A stretch of DNA of 64,000 bases from Squalus acanthias (lineage: Eukaryota), in contig CM059446.1 in assembly GCA_030390025.1 (NCBI GenBank), positions 51,894,001-51,958,000 of the forward strand. The letters are read 5' to 3'. Shown here in pieces: positions 37,602 to 50,412 of this stretch. Within the stretch, counting starts at the first letter, position 1; every line of letters begins with the position of its first letter. The position numbers and the translations under genes were made by a program. The notes under the pieces were generated by a model, which made no database searches, was not told the origin of the DNA, and saw only the letters and a program-made list of their open reading frames with translations.

Positions 37602-38084
37602 CTGTATCAGCAGGTAAAAACAGTCATTACATGACAAACAGATGCCATCTACTGATGGGAATAGTAAAGACGAGCCTTTTAAATAATTTCATCTGCTTAT
37701 CTGCAGTCACTAAGTTTTTGTACCTGTTTTGACTAGTTTCTCCCCCCCTCCCCCCACCAAGTATTCTTGCTATACAATTGTTGGCACTGGGATTTCAGTA
37801 AAACTTAATGGCAGCTATGTGAGTGTTTTATGGAATGCACTGTAAATTTATCTTCCCTTCCTCCCTCCACACCCCAAAAAAACTGGAATTTCAATAAAGC
37901 AGAATGGTGGATGTATGAAAAATATTTGTACACTGCCCCCTTTAACTGTGGAAAATACCCAGTATAGTTAGTTTCGGATACATTTAAGGTTGTCTCGAGA
38001 GACTATTTTGCGCAAGGTACCAGAGGTTACAGGACCGCTACTGATGGGAACAATTTGAGAGAATGAGCACAGCACATGAAAGCG

Positions 38085-38298
38085 AACATAAGAATTAGGA
38101 GCAGGAGTAGGCCATACGGCCCCTTGAGCCTGCTCCGCCATTCAATGTCATGGCTGATCATCGACCTCAACTCCACTTTCCCGCCCAATCTCCATATCCC
38201 TGGATTCCCCTAGAGTCCAAAAATATATCTATCTCAGCCTTGAATATACTCAACGATTCAGCATCTACACCCCTTTGGGGTAGAGAATTCCAAAGATT
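38085..38298 (-). mobile_element. CR1 LINE 3' end, 5'-truncated
   Basis: Close match to 4651-4875. Confidence 0.85.
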
Positions 38299-39558
38299 GG
38301 TTTGTGCACTTTTTCCTACTGTTTATTGGTACCAATATGTTAAATAGCCCTAGCAACAACAATGTAGTGTTTGAGGACCAGCACAAAAGCATGTTGTAAC
38401 TGGAGGCACTTTATAACCAGTGATTACTCGGAAAGATCAGTTATTCAAGAGTGTTCATATTCACTATGAAGTCCAGATGTTTAAAATGTAGCCACTGAAA
38501 TCAACACTAGCATTTATAAATAAGAATATGCATTATTCACAGATGCATGAACTTGTTTTGGTACCAACAAAATCTACATTTTAGGAGCCAAGCAATACAC
38601 CGTGTGGATCAATCTGTATTTTTTTTTTTTTTAAGAAGCAAGACAAAAGAATTAGGAAGTGGGGAAAATCAAATGCTCTGTCCTCCTGCAGCTGCAGTAA
38701 CAATTCTCACTGGACACACCACAGCACTGATGACTCCATCCTCCTGGACACTAAATAGAAACCCCAAGTGCAAAAATGTGCTCGAGAGCCAGATTTGCTT
38801 GCATCACACTATCAAGCTAGGGAAGGCCGATGATACTGGGGAATTTAATGACCTTTCTTGCCACGTGACCCACAATATAGAGTGGATTTTCATTACAGCC
38901 CAGAACAACAGGCATTTGAATGGGGGGAGGGGAAGGGGAAGAGGAAGAGGCAGGCTAGTAAACTGAAAGCATCTGTACATGTATAATATAACATTTGGTT
39001 GTAACACAATCTCTGGGTTCTAATTAAGCTTTGTTGTCATGGTGATGGTTTAGGACAATATCAAAATCCTTTGATTGCATTAGTTTGCATTGGAACACAA
39101 TACGGCTCAATAGCTATTTTATATTTACCTACAAAACAAATGGTGACTTTATCTTTGTCCATTGTGTAAGAATGCATGCCCTTTGTAAGTACTGCCTTTA
39201 AGCTTTCAGGCCTCAAGGACACTAAACTGCCACTGATGTGGATCCTCCTGTAATTCACATTCCAAGCTGAGTGATAGCTCACTACGTAGACAAACTGAAT
39301 GCAGTGCTTGGTCTCTGAACCCATACAAGGCCATTTCCATCACTGAGTATTAATGGGAAGGGACAGGGGGGCTTCTGCAGCCTGGCATTCCAGGAAGGTC
39401 AATTTGACCACATGCAATGTTTCATCCTTTGCAGTGATATCGGCTTTATACGGCTGCCATGATGTTTTTTTTGAAGCTGGATAAAGTTAATACAAATCAC
39501 ATTGCAGGGAGATGCAAAGAACTGGATTACAATTTAAACCAGAATCAGGATCACTTAC

Positions 39559-39628
39559 ATTGTGAAGATAGTGCATACAGCTTTCTTGCTCGTAATATTC
39601 TTTCAGTGTGTCATACCCATGGAACTTT
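39559..39628 (-). CDS. ABHD2: ABHD2 coding exon, 70 bp
   Basis: Boundaries tatttcag|A AAG...AAT|gtaagt. Encodes (R)KFHGYDTLKEYYEQESCMHYLHN. Confidence 0.96.
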
Positions 39629-40002
39629 CTGAAATAGATAGACATTACTGTAGATCCAAAACGTATTAGAGATAGGCTCATTGGATGAAAAGAACAAACA
39701 GTGAAGTGATACACTCACTTTACAGTCAAAATATAGATAAAAGTAGAATAGCTACATCTGAATTATGCAATATAAAAAACTGAATTACTGGAACCTCTCA
39801 AATCAACATGACCACAATCCATGTATTTTCTAGAACAAAGAAGGTTAAGGGGCAAGATAATAGAAGTGTTAAAATTATGAAAGCGTCTGAGAGAGTTAAT
39901 TGTCAAAGATTATTTTCACTAACGAATAAATCCATAATTAGGGGATATAAATTTAGGATCAGTACAGGCAGCACAAGAGAGGTTAGAAAGAAGTTTTTTC
40001 AA

Positions 40003-41000
40003 TAACAACTTGCATTTATATAGCGCCTTTAACGTAGTAAAACATCCCAAGGCGCTTCACAGGAGTATTATGAAACAAAATTTGAGACTGAGCCACATAA
40101 GGAGAAATTAGGGCAGATGACCAAAAGCTTGGTCAAAGAGGTAGGCTTTAAGGAGTGTATCTTAAAGGAGAGAGAGGTAGAGAGGCGGAGAGATTTAGGG
40201 TGGGCATTCTGGAGCTCAGGGACTAAGCAGCTGAAAGCACGGCCGCTAATGGTGGAGAGATTAAAAATCGGGGATGCGCAAGAGGCCAGAATTGGAGGAC
40301 CGCAGAGATCTTGGATGGTTGTAGGGCTGGAGGAGGCCAGAGATAGGGAGATGCAAGGCCATGGAGGGATTTGAAAACAAGGATGAGAATTTTTAAATTG
40401 CGGCATGGGAGCCAATGTAGGTCAGCGAGCAGAGGGGTGATAGGTGAACGGGACTTTGTGCGAGTTAGGATATGGGCAGCAGAGATTTGGATGAGCTCAA
40501 ATTTATGGAGTGTGGAAGATGGGAGGCTAGGCAGAAAAGGGTTGGAAGAGTCAAGTCTAGAGGTAACAATGGATGAGGTATTCAGCAGCAAATGAGCTGA
40601 GACGGGGCAGAGTCGGGCGATGTTATGGAGATAGAAGTAGGCGGTCTTGGTAATGGCGGGATCTCTCATCTTGGGGTCAAATATGACATCAAGGTGTGCG
40701 AACGGTTTGGTTCAGCCTCAGACAGTTGCCAGGGAGAGGGATGGAGACGGTGGCTAGGGAATGGCAGGGACCGAAGGCAATAGCTTCGGTCTTCCCAATA
40801 TTTAGTTGGAGGAAATTTCTGCTCATCCAGTACTGGATGCCGGACAAACAGTGTGACAAATTAGAGACAGTGGAGGGGTTGAGAGAGGTGGTGGTAAGGT
40901 CAAGCTGGGTGTCGTCAGCGTACATGTGGAATCTGAAGATGTGTTTTCGGATGATGTGGCCAAGGGGTAGCATGTAGATGAGAAATAGGAGGGGGCAATG
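40003..41000 (-). mobile_element. L2 LINE 3' kilobase (RT C-terminus), frameshifted
   Basis: Minus-strand ORFs encode FHMYADDTQL, WMSRNFLQLNIGKTEAI, AYFYLHNIARL, SPITPLLADLHWLP. Tail AAGGCGCTATATAAATGCAAGTTGTT. Confidence 0.93.
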
Positions 41001-41204
41001 GATCTTGTGTAGTTCAAAAATGTTGATGTTTGATTGCGCATTTTTCTATACACATTACACTTCGCACCTTACTTGTCAGCAGAACAGTTATTTTAAATAG
41101 TTTTCTGTTGGTATAATGGAAATATTTTCATGAATTGTGTACTATTTCTTAAAATCCATTCCTGGACATGTGGTAAAGGTACACATGGCTCCCGGCCCCC
41201 CAAC

Positions 41205-41600
41205 ATTTAAAATTCACATTCTTGTGTTTAAATCCCTCCATGGCTGCACCCCTCCCAATCTCTGTAACCTTCTCCAACCCTAATTCTCAAGCCCCCTCCC
41301 CCAATTCTCCAGTCCTTCCACTCTGACCTCTTGTCCATACCTCACTTTGCCCAACAAGTTGTGGCCTTGCCTTCAGCAGCCTCGGCCCCACGCTCTGGAA
41401 TTCTCTCCCTAAATCCTCTCCTCCTCCCTCTCTCTCTCTTTTAGGCCTTCCTTAAAACTCACTTGTTTGCCCAAGTTTTTGGTCACCCCTCCTAACATCT
41501 CTCTCTTTGGCTCAGTGTCCATTGATTTTGATTATGCCTCTGAAGTGCCACAGGATGTTTTTCTACGTTAGATGTGCTATATATATGCAAGTTATTGTTG
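41205..41600 (+). mobile_element. L2 LINE 3' end in the opposite orientation
   Basis: Matches the reverse complement of 40003-40400 (TTTAAATCCCTCCATGGC...CCAAGTTTTTGGTCA...GCTATATATATGCAAGTT). Confidence 0.85.
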
Positions 41601-42251
41601 TACATTTGTCGATCTTAAATATAGAATTCTGTTGGGTGGGGACCATAAAGACAGATAAACAGCTCTGGTAAATGAGCAAGCAAATTTAGCAGAAATATTG
41701 AAGATTAGCTGAAAAATAACAGACTTAAGAGTTCTATTGAAATCCACTGTTAAAGTGGCTATTGTGCTGGATTCCCATGAACTGAAGCACTCCTACCAAA
41801 AATTATTTTTTTTCTCACAAATGAACACAATATAAATTAAGAGTGTTATGAATTAACACAAAACACGGAGAAAAACAAGATTTGTTCTCAAAATAAGCAA
41901 AAAAGTAAGTCTGAGGGAAGCATCCTCTCAGACATCTATGGGATGAAATGTAGGTGAAATGTTTGACAAGTTAATCTGTGTTTTGGCAGTGTTGGCTGAG
42001 GGTTGAAAGAGTAATGTTGCTAAAACACTGGGAAGGCCCTCAGCTCTTCATTGAGAAGTGCATGGGCTCTTTTACATTCATCTGAATAGGCACCAAAGAA
42101 CAGCACCTCTGACAATGCAGCACTTCCTTAGCACTCTGCTGGAGTGTCAACTCAGATTAAGAGATTAAACTCCTAGCAGGGGGCTGGAAACCACAATTTC
42201 TAACAGAGGTGAGATCGCTAGCAGAAACCAAGATGACATACTGCCACTTAC

Positions 42252-42365
42252 CTCATGATGTTGTCATCAATGTGCATCAGGGAAGTTGCTGTATAGAGTT
42301 TGCTAAGGTCTACATCTACCAGAGCATTTGGTGTTTTGAACTCATTTTCTCCAAATAGTATTTTT
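42252..42365 (-). CDS. ABHD2: ABHD2 coding exon, 114 bp
   Basis: Boundaries atgttacag|A AAA...ATG AG|gtaagt. Encodes (R)KILFGENEFKTPNALVDVDLSKLYTATSLMHIDDNIM(R). Translated by hand. Confidence 0.95.
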
Positions 42366-43787
42366 CTGTAACATATAATAATATGTTAACACTAAGAACA
42401 AAATGTTAATTTCTAACTAATATTTATGGATGCCAATTGGCAGAGAATCTAATGTTATGAAAAGTAGATACAGGCAAACACATGCAATGTTGACTGAATA
42501 CAGTACAGCATCACCTATAGCAGCCATGGCTGTCTCTTCTGTCAATGAAGAGCATGACTCCAGCATGGACCAGGAGAAGGCAATTTTCCACCCTTGCTTT
42601 CTTTGAACTCAGTCTATTAGTTATTCCCTTTACTGTGTGTGCTATGCTAGAATCTTCCTGCAAAGGCGGCAATAAAAGATGGATCTAATAGCAATTACTT
42701 AACAAGGTCATAATTTTCTCAAATGATGCGATTTTTCCCCCCTGACTTTTAAAGAATATTAAAATCCAATTTCTATTCTCTGTAATACAGTATGAGTATT
42801 AACAGCCATATCTGCACTAAAAAAAAGAGGTCACCCTGTCCTGTAAACAATAGCCCCAGATCGTCAGCAGTAACAAGTCATATAACCGTTGCAGATTAAA
42901 AATACTAGAGTGAACATCTCGTCACCCCAGTCCCCACTCTGCTGAATTTAGTGGCACAAAATCCTCAACAAATCATGGTCGTACAGACTATTTTATATGG
43001 AAGCTAGGATACTGGGAAGAGTGCAGATACACAACCTCCGTGCTATTGGGCCTGTTGGAGAGCTAATGGGAAGGAGGCCCACATTTTAGAGCTCTCAGAA
43101 TCCATGAGAAATTGGTTCTGGAAGCTGTTGGAGATGCAAAATGAATTTCCTTTGTAGTACTGGGTTCTGGTGACAGGATTATCTTCTACCTGCAGCTGAC
43201 AGCACACCAACACAAAAATGACATTATAAATCCAAGAACTAATTTTCCTTTAATTACGTAATATCAAAAATCTTGCACTGGCCAATCGACAAGCGCTGCT
43301 TTTATACGGCAATGAGTGCTAACAACTCCCACGCAACTAGTAGCAACACCAAAGTAAACTTGCCTAGGCCGGTGACCAGGAAGACCCAAGTGCTTGTATT
43401 AGCAAACCCAGCAAGTTTATTTGTGCGAGACCTGTGCATTTAGGGCCAGGGCATGAGCACAATATAAAAATCAGCTTATACACAGACATTTTCAAATTGT
43501 GTGCTTGAACATGAAGGTGCACATAAACTCTGCTTAAGAAAGCACAAACAAGTACATAATGGAGCTAGAGGGCAGGAACGAAAAGAATTTATGTTAAGTA
43601 AACTGCCCCTTCAGTTAGCACACAATTATGCACAAGCAGGTTAAACATTGGCTGTTGTAATTATATAGCAGTTTCACAGGCCACTCTTGTTCTCTAAAGA
43701 GAAATTTGAATCCTTCGCAGCATCTTTTACAGAATATATTCTGTAATCACAATAAGCAAATGAATAACGAACAGAAATGAAAGTCAC

Positions 43788-43880
43788 CTGTGAAACAAAA
43801 TAATCTTTTTCATGTTGTCTGCCATTAGGAAGTTGTAAAACCTCCGACATTGGTCCCATTGAAGAAAGGTTTCCTGTGCC
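43788..43880 (-). CDS. ABHD2: ABHD2 coding exon, 93 bp
   Basis: Boundaries tttgcttag|G GCA...CAC AG|gtgact. Encodes (R)AQETFLQWDQCRRFYNFLMADNMKKIILFH(R). Translated by hand. Confidence 0.96.
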
Positions 43881-45589
43881 CTAAGCAAAAACAAAAGAAA
43901 CTACCTTAGGCACATGGCAACAGAATATATAAAGCACAATTCATAGAGTGCTATGCAAATCTGTTTCTTCCAGTGAGTAAGGAGACAGGCAGAACCTGAC
44001 AGCTTTACAAGTTTAAAATAAAGTGAAGCAGTGATATCTTATCTACATTTAAACAGTTCGCTAAAGATTTGAATCCCACATCTCAGGAAGTTCTTCCAAC
44101 ACCATTCTGACATTCCTAGCTAGGAGGCAAGAAGCAGCTTCCTGTCCAGTAGGCAATCCTTCTCTAGCTTTCAACTTAATCTCTCCATTACAAGCTTTGT
44201 ATGGTGTATCTAGTCTACTGATACTACTGTAATCATTACTGGTCTAAACTTTTCTCCAAACATATTGCACAGTGCTACTCCTTACAACCTCATTATACTG
44301 AAATTAAGAGTCATTGCGCAGTTTTCTATTCCAACTCATTCTTTCCGGGAGCTTAAAACTGTGGAACTCTTTCCACCATACAATATGTGGCCGTTAAGAC
44401 CTGAAGATTTGCATTATTTAGTCACTAGGCTTCCATTCACTATCATCTCTTTTCAACCGTGGTGGTCTCCTGCACAATGATGATTGGCTTTCGATCTGGG
44501 TAACACTGAAGAGTCCACACAACAGGCTTAATAAAACAGACTCAGTTGGGTTCAGTAGACACCCTCAATAAATGTCTTGCAACAGCTCTACTATAAATAG
44601 TACATTATTGACAGCCCTAGAATAATGGACAATAGCAGCAAAGTTCAAAAATGCATATATTAAAATGTCCTATTAATTGGATTAGTAATGCCCTAATAAT
44701 GCAGCATTAATTTTAATTATTAACCAAAAACGTTTAGTTGATACAACTACCTAATGAAACCAACACAAAGCCATTTAAACCTGCCCAATAACATAAATGT
44801 GGCTGTATTCAAAAGCCAGACAAAAACAGGAAAGGGTCACATGTAGCACATGAAATACTGTGGGAGGAATGACTTCCACAAAGCAAGGTTTAAAATCCAT
44901 TTTTTTTTTAAAAGAGACCGTGAATTTTTCCAAGCATTTCCTCACTCACTATCATTCCAGAGACTTGCTCAGTTTATGTTAAAAGGAGAAAAATCTGTTT
45001 ATTTCTGTACATTAAGGCCATTTTTGTGATCAGAAAGTTCTAAAAGGGTTAACGTTCCTGTCTGCACTTTGTCAGTGCCTGACCTTAGCTTTTACCCCAA
45101 TTTTAAAAAGGTCAATTTCTGCAGTATATGATCTACCTTGTAGCAATAAAGAGAATTAGACAGCAACCAGATGTTTTTATCTTGTAAATAATTACTTCTA
45201 GCTGTTAATTATAGGAAGTCAAGCCCAAAATTTATACAATTGTGGAGTCATTTGGTGACGAGCAAGGAGGAATAAGTTATCACTGCTCTACATCAAGCAC
45301 GGCAGCTACTTAACTGCATTGCATTAGCCTCCCAGAGTTTTGTTGAGACAAAGGGGAATAAACTCTGTTTTTAGGTTTGTGTTTTGATATACTTGTTGTA
45401 GTGTAAACATGAGAACTGCAGTCTAATGCTAAAGTGAAGTCATCCATTATAATTCTATAGACCTGTTTTCAAGTTGTGCCTCAAGTGTATAAATGATTGT
45501 AATACTAAACATCTTATACCATATTTTAATGCACACAAATGACATTTGCTAACAAAATAGTTATTACTGCAAAATGATAAGAAAAAAAG

Positions 45590-45820
45590 AATTCCCCTGC
45601 TCTTCTTCGAAATAGTGCCATGGGATCTCTTACGACCGGACAGGGGCCTCGGTTTAACGTCTCCTCCGAAAGACGGCACCTCTGGCAGTACTGCACTCCC
45701 TCACTCACTACTGCACTGGAGTGTCAGCCCAGATTTTGTGCTCAAGTCTCTGGAGTGGGACTTGAACCCACAACCTTCTGACTGAGAGGCGAGAGTGCTA
45801 CCACTGAGCCACGGCTGACA
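45590..45820 (-). mobile_element. Deu-domain SINE, 5' half
   Basis: GGGCCTCGGTTTAACGTCTC...GAGTGGGACTTGAACCC...GAGAGTGCTACCACTGAGCCAC. Confidence 0.88.
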
Positions 45821-47694
45821 CACAAATATATATATACTTATAGATAGAACAGAATTGCCTATAGTTTGGCACTAAAATTAGCAGCAATTGGAGACAACTA
45901 ATGTGCAAAATGGAAACCATACAAAGATATAGTATGGTTGGTTTTCCAACACTGCAGCAACAGAGGAGCTTTACCTTGAATTGAACATGTATCTAACAGT
46001 GCTTTATAGGAACACTGGATGTAAAGAATGGGAAATGTTCCATTCTCTAAATGCATTTTGATGAGCAAAATAGAAACTAACCCCCAACATGCCAATTCAG
46101 AACAAAACTAAAATAGCACAAACATTTCTGCTGTTAGAGACCAAGCAAATGCCTGGGGGTAGGTTTTATTACTTGCTTATTCAGCCCAATGAATTATGCT
46201 GAAATGCAGTTAAGGTCGAGTGCTATAGATCAACTGTTCATTAAAAAGCACTAGTTTACATTCTACTGCTTGGCTTTTGTATTTAATTGCCAAAGAGCTG
46301 TGAGCAGGAACTTTTCCCTGGGAGTTCATAAAGTTTAAGGTCAATGGCTACAAATTAGAGGGACAAGCAGTTCCTTTAGTAGTTCCCAACCTTTGCTTGT
46401 ATAAAACAAGGGTAGTCTCTCGCAGAAAAATGGAAGCCCATTCAACTTGTACAACAGAAGGAAAACACTTGACAAGGGTAATCAAATTGAAGGTAACTGG
46501 TAGTAAAAGGATGCAGTACACTCATACAATCACTAGAGGTCTTATCATGCTTTGTACCAGCAACATACTGACATCTGAACTGCAGAACATTTTCCTTTTT
46601 GGATTGTTTAAGCAAAGATCTCCTAGGGAAATTGAGCAACAGGGGTAAAGACTGAGAAATGTCCCAATCTGAAAATTCTCAGTAGGGGCCTCAATAAAAA
46701 TGCTACAACAATGCATTAATGAAGCCACCTCCAGGATTGTGTACAGTTACAAATTGGATTTGACACACCAATGGAACTAAACTTCAGCAAGAGTCATTAC
46801 TTTCAGGGGCATGGGGGTAAAAAGAGGAAATCCCAAGTGAAGAATTGTGTTAACTGAAGAGTAAGGTTAGGCAACAGGTTGAGAGACTGTGCATTTCCTT
46901 GCAAACAGTTTATGACTTTTCTTGACGACTTCTATTAGAAAGTTGCAACCTCTTCATATTTTGCAAAATGTTCTTTAAGTTATTAGAAAAGTCCTCAGGA
47001 ACTTTTTTCATTCTCTGCTCAAGGCCACTCTGTAACCAGGCTCTTGATGAGTGTGTTTAAGGAAGACTCTACAAACTTTCTCTTCCCATCCTGTGGGAAA
47101 CTGCTTAGCATGAGGGGAGCCGTTTTCCATCCCCAAAGTACAGCCAAGATCAGAATCTATGCAGGAAATCATAGCTGCAAAGCCGCAGTCTATTATTTTG
47201 TGGCACAATGACTTGGAGCACCAGCATGATGCCTTGCTGCACACTTACTTTCTAAAAGTGTGACCCCCTTAAATCACCTAATTTACTGCTTAATCTGGAT
47301 TGGACCATGAAATCAATATCTTTTGTCACAGTTTGTGTAGGATAAATAACTCAGAGCTGCTGTGTAAAACATTGTCTCCACAACCAAATTCAATTAAGCT
47401 TCTGATGAATCAAATAATCTTGAAGTGCAACAATCCGCAACACTCCAAGGAACAGCTGGGATGTAACTTTAAATTAGATGCCACCTCAGCAGGGATTGAA
47501 GGTTAGCGCTGAAACATAATTGTACTTGTTCTGTACTTGGATTAAATTAACATGCTTTCGTTTAGTGTCTCACTTCCAGAGCGATATAAACTCAGTTTAA
47601 TTAATTTGTGTTCCCCATCCTCTTTCCCACATTAACTACTAAAGACGTGGCTTGTTTTAGTGGTGCAGTCTGGCACTAGCGTTAAACATTGAAG

Positions 47695-48262
47695 CACAGG
47701 ATCAGCTCGACAGCACTCGCCTCAGTCAGAAAGGCTGCGGACTGTAGCCCCAATCTGGGATCCAACGCCATCTGACACTCCAGTAAAGTACTGAGGGAGA
47801 GTGTTGCTTTGTTGGAAGTTGCATCATTCAGATGAAGTTGAACTGTGGTCCTGTCTGCCTGTTCCAGACTTTAAAGATCGCACTGTTCCCATACAACAAA
47901 TTATTTTGAGATGCAGTGACCGTCATGTAGAGAAATGCAGCAGCCATTTTGCACGCAGCAAGATCTCACAGAACAATGAGATGAAATAATCTATTTTTTG
48001 TGTTGGCGGAGGGTGGAAGGTGGTCCGCACAGCAGGAGAATCCTCTACTCTGTCAAATAGTGGCATGGGATCTTTTAAATCCACCAAAACAAGCAGACAA
48101 TTTAACATGTCATCCAATAGATCACACTTTCAACAATGCAGCAACCTCTCAACTGCACTAAAATGGCAGCCTAGATTACATGCTAAAGTCCTAGAGAGGG
48201 ACTTGAATCCACAACCTTCTGACTGCAAGGCAAGTGCACTACCAGTGAGCCAAACTGACACT
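47695..48262. mobile_element. Two decayed Deu-domain SINEs in opposite orientation (+ ~47695-47890; - ~47900-48262)
   Basis: Degenerate matches to the 20500-20942 family on both strands. Confidence 0.65.
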
Positions 48263-49539
48263 AAAATAGTGCAAATTGTACGTGGTCTGTTGGATGGACC
48301 AAATGACAATATTACATTCTATCATTTCCAATATCCTATATCTTGTCCAATACTGTGGCAGGGATATCTTTACAGCTAAAGGGGGTGGGGGGGGGGCACT
48401 AGAGCCTATATAGGTTCATTTCTTGTACCTGAAGTAACAAAGCAACACAAGAACTGCTACTTTGTCATATTAGTGCTGAATACAGAATTAGTTGTCCTTC
48501 ATAATCCTTGGCTTATTCAATCTTGAAAAAAGATTTTAGTAATGATTACAGAAAAAAGCCCCAATATCTAACTGAAAAGGAAACTTGAGCTTTGCTCCCA
48601 AGCATAACGACACAGGTGACAAAGGGAAAGGTACAACCTGAACCTCTACAACTTAAATAACTGCAAAGTTCAGATATATATACACCAAAACTTCAAAAAT
48701 ACAAACACTTCAACACTGGAGAGCATTCATCTGAACTAAGCAGAACTCTGAAACTGCAATTTCCCAATGACTAAAGAAGGTTTATTGTGGACTCCTCTTG
48801 CTTATACCAAGGTCCACATACACCTCAGAGTTAATGCACTTTGTCATCCCGATACGTAGTGTTAAAATTATTGCTCCATTGCCTACTCAACACATTCTGT
48901 GCCAGGACTTCGAACTGTAAACTCCTCACTGCCCTCAGTTTTCAATTAACTTGCTTAAAACCTAAGCTTGCCAACACCTAGTCACTTCCTGACTCACCTA
49001 ATCTTCTCTATTCTCTTCAACCTTCGTGTATCCTATACAATGGTCTTTAGCTTTCTACCAAGGTATCGCAACAAAAAAGTAACACAGTATAGCGCAATGT
49101 ACTTGTATTGAAATATAAAAATGAGAAATGCAGAAATCATGTACAATATGTTCCATTTCTGTACTAAGCTGCGGTTAATTCATAACGTTAGTGCTCTTAT
49201 CTGAGGTTCTACTGTATTATCTAATTAGTATAAAGTCTTTAATTTACTAGTAAATGTAAAAGACCCACTAAATATACTGTCTTTAACTACAGTCCTTTGA
49301 TTTACCAGAACCTTTGATACACCAAGCATTGCTTACTCTCGATTACAGAGTGATTTTATTTACAGTTTAAAATGTAATTAAAAAAAAAATGAATCCAACA
49401 CAGCATGGGAGGTAGGGTAGGGCAATTAACTGGTAGAACTTTTGAATCTGTGACTGCAATTTTTTGGCAACCTGCTGAATGAACCCTTTCTCAAGAGTTG
49501 ACTGATAAATTTCTGGAACAACTGATGCTTAAAAGTATT

Positions 49540-50276
49540 GGCCCAGAAATTAAAGACTGAGTGTTGACGCGGGGGTAAGGCTTCCCCGCGATCTCTCACT
49601 CCGCGTTGGCTTTTTCAGATCCAGCTCGCACGAACTTGATGTTCTAGACATCAGCTGGGCAGTGCTTGCGTATCCCACCGGCGTAGTGAATTCGTGCGAG
49701 CTGTGGGATCACGTGACTCAGTTAGAGCCAATGGCAGCACACCATCTTCCATTCATAAGTTTCACATAAGTGCTGTGAAAGCTATGAATCTTACACACCC
49801 CCAAAATAACAGCTAAACCTCAATTAAATTTAAAAAAAAAACCATCACATTAATAAAATAAGTATAGTTAAATAAATTAACCATTTTAAATAAAAAATTA
49901 AATTTGAAAAAATTTAAAATTTTAAAAAGTTATAAAAATAAACTTACCTGTCTTTAAAGTCTCTAAAAAAGATATACCTGTTAAAAAAAATTCAAAATAC
50001 TTAATTCACTACTTACCTTGTTAAAAGTGGGTCTTACTCCTCCTTTTTTCATTTCTAAAATCTTCCGTCCTTACCTGCGCGTCCAAAGCACTAAGTGCAC
50101 AGCGTGCGCGCAGCCTGTAGCGCGCACGCGGTGCACCGAGGAACCGCCCCCTTTTCCAAAAACCAAGTGCTGGTTTTCAGCGCATGCGCAGTGCATGCAG
50201 AAAACCGGCAATTGGAGACAGAATACGCGAGAGTACGCAGTGCGTACTCTCGCGTCGCGGGACTAATTTTTGGGCC
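49540..50276. mobile_element. Non-autonomous DNA transposon, 737 bp, PIF/Harbinger-like
   Basis: TIRs GGCCCAGAAATTA / TAATTTTTGGGCC. 3-bp direct flanks ATT (49537-39 and 50277-79). CpG-rich hairpin-forming subtermini with an AT-rich centre. Confidence 0.8.
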
Positions 50277-50280
50277 ATTA

Positions 50281-50412
50281 TATATGCTGTCTATATATGC
50301 TTTGTAACTGATTTGTATTCCCTCACTTTACCTGACGAAGGAGCAGCGCTCCGAAAGCTCGTAATTTCAAATAAAACTGTTGGACTATAACCTGGTGTTG
50401 TGCGACTTCTCA
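50281..50412 (+). mobile_element. Short Penelope-like retroelement fragment carrying a hammerhead motif
   Basis: Near-identical to 5811-5876 over ~66 nt. Flanked by a TAAAAGTATT(A) duplication (49530-49539 and 50413-50423), with the DNA transposon inserted in the left copy. Confidence 0.75.
50328..50364 (+). ncRNA. Minimal type I hammerhead ribozyme motif, intact core
   Basis: TTAC-CTGACGA-A-GGAGC[AGC]GCTCC-GAAA-GC-TC-GTAA. Stem I is TTAC/GTAA, stem II is a perfect 5 bp, the CUGANGA and GAAA boxes are present, AGCT is a palindromic stem III, and the CUC triplet ends at 50360. Confidence 0.75.
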
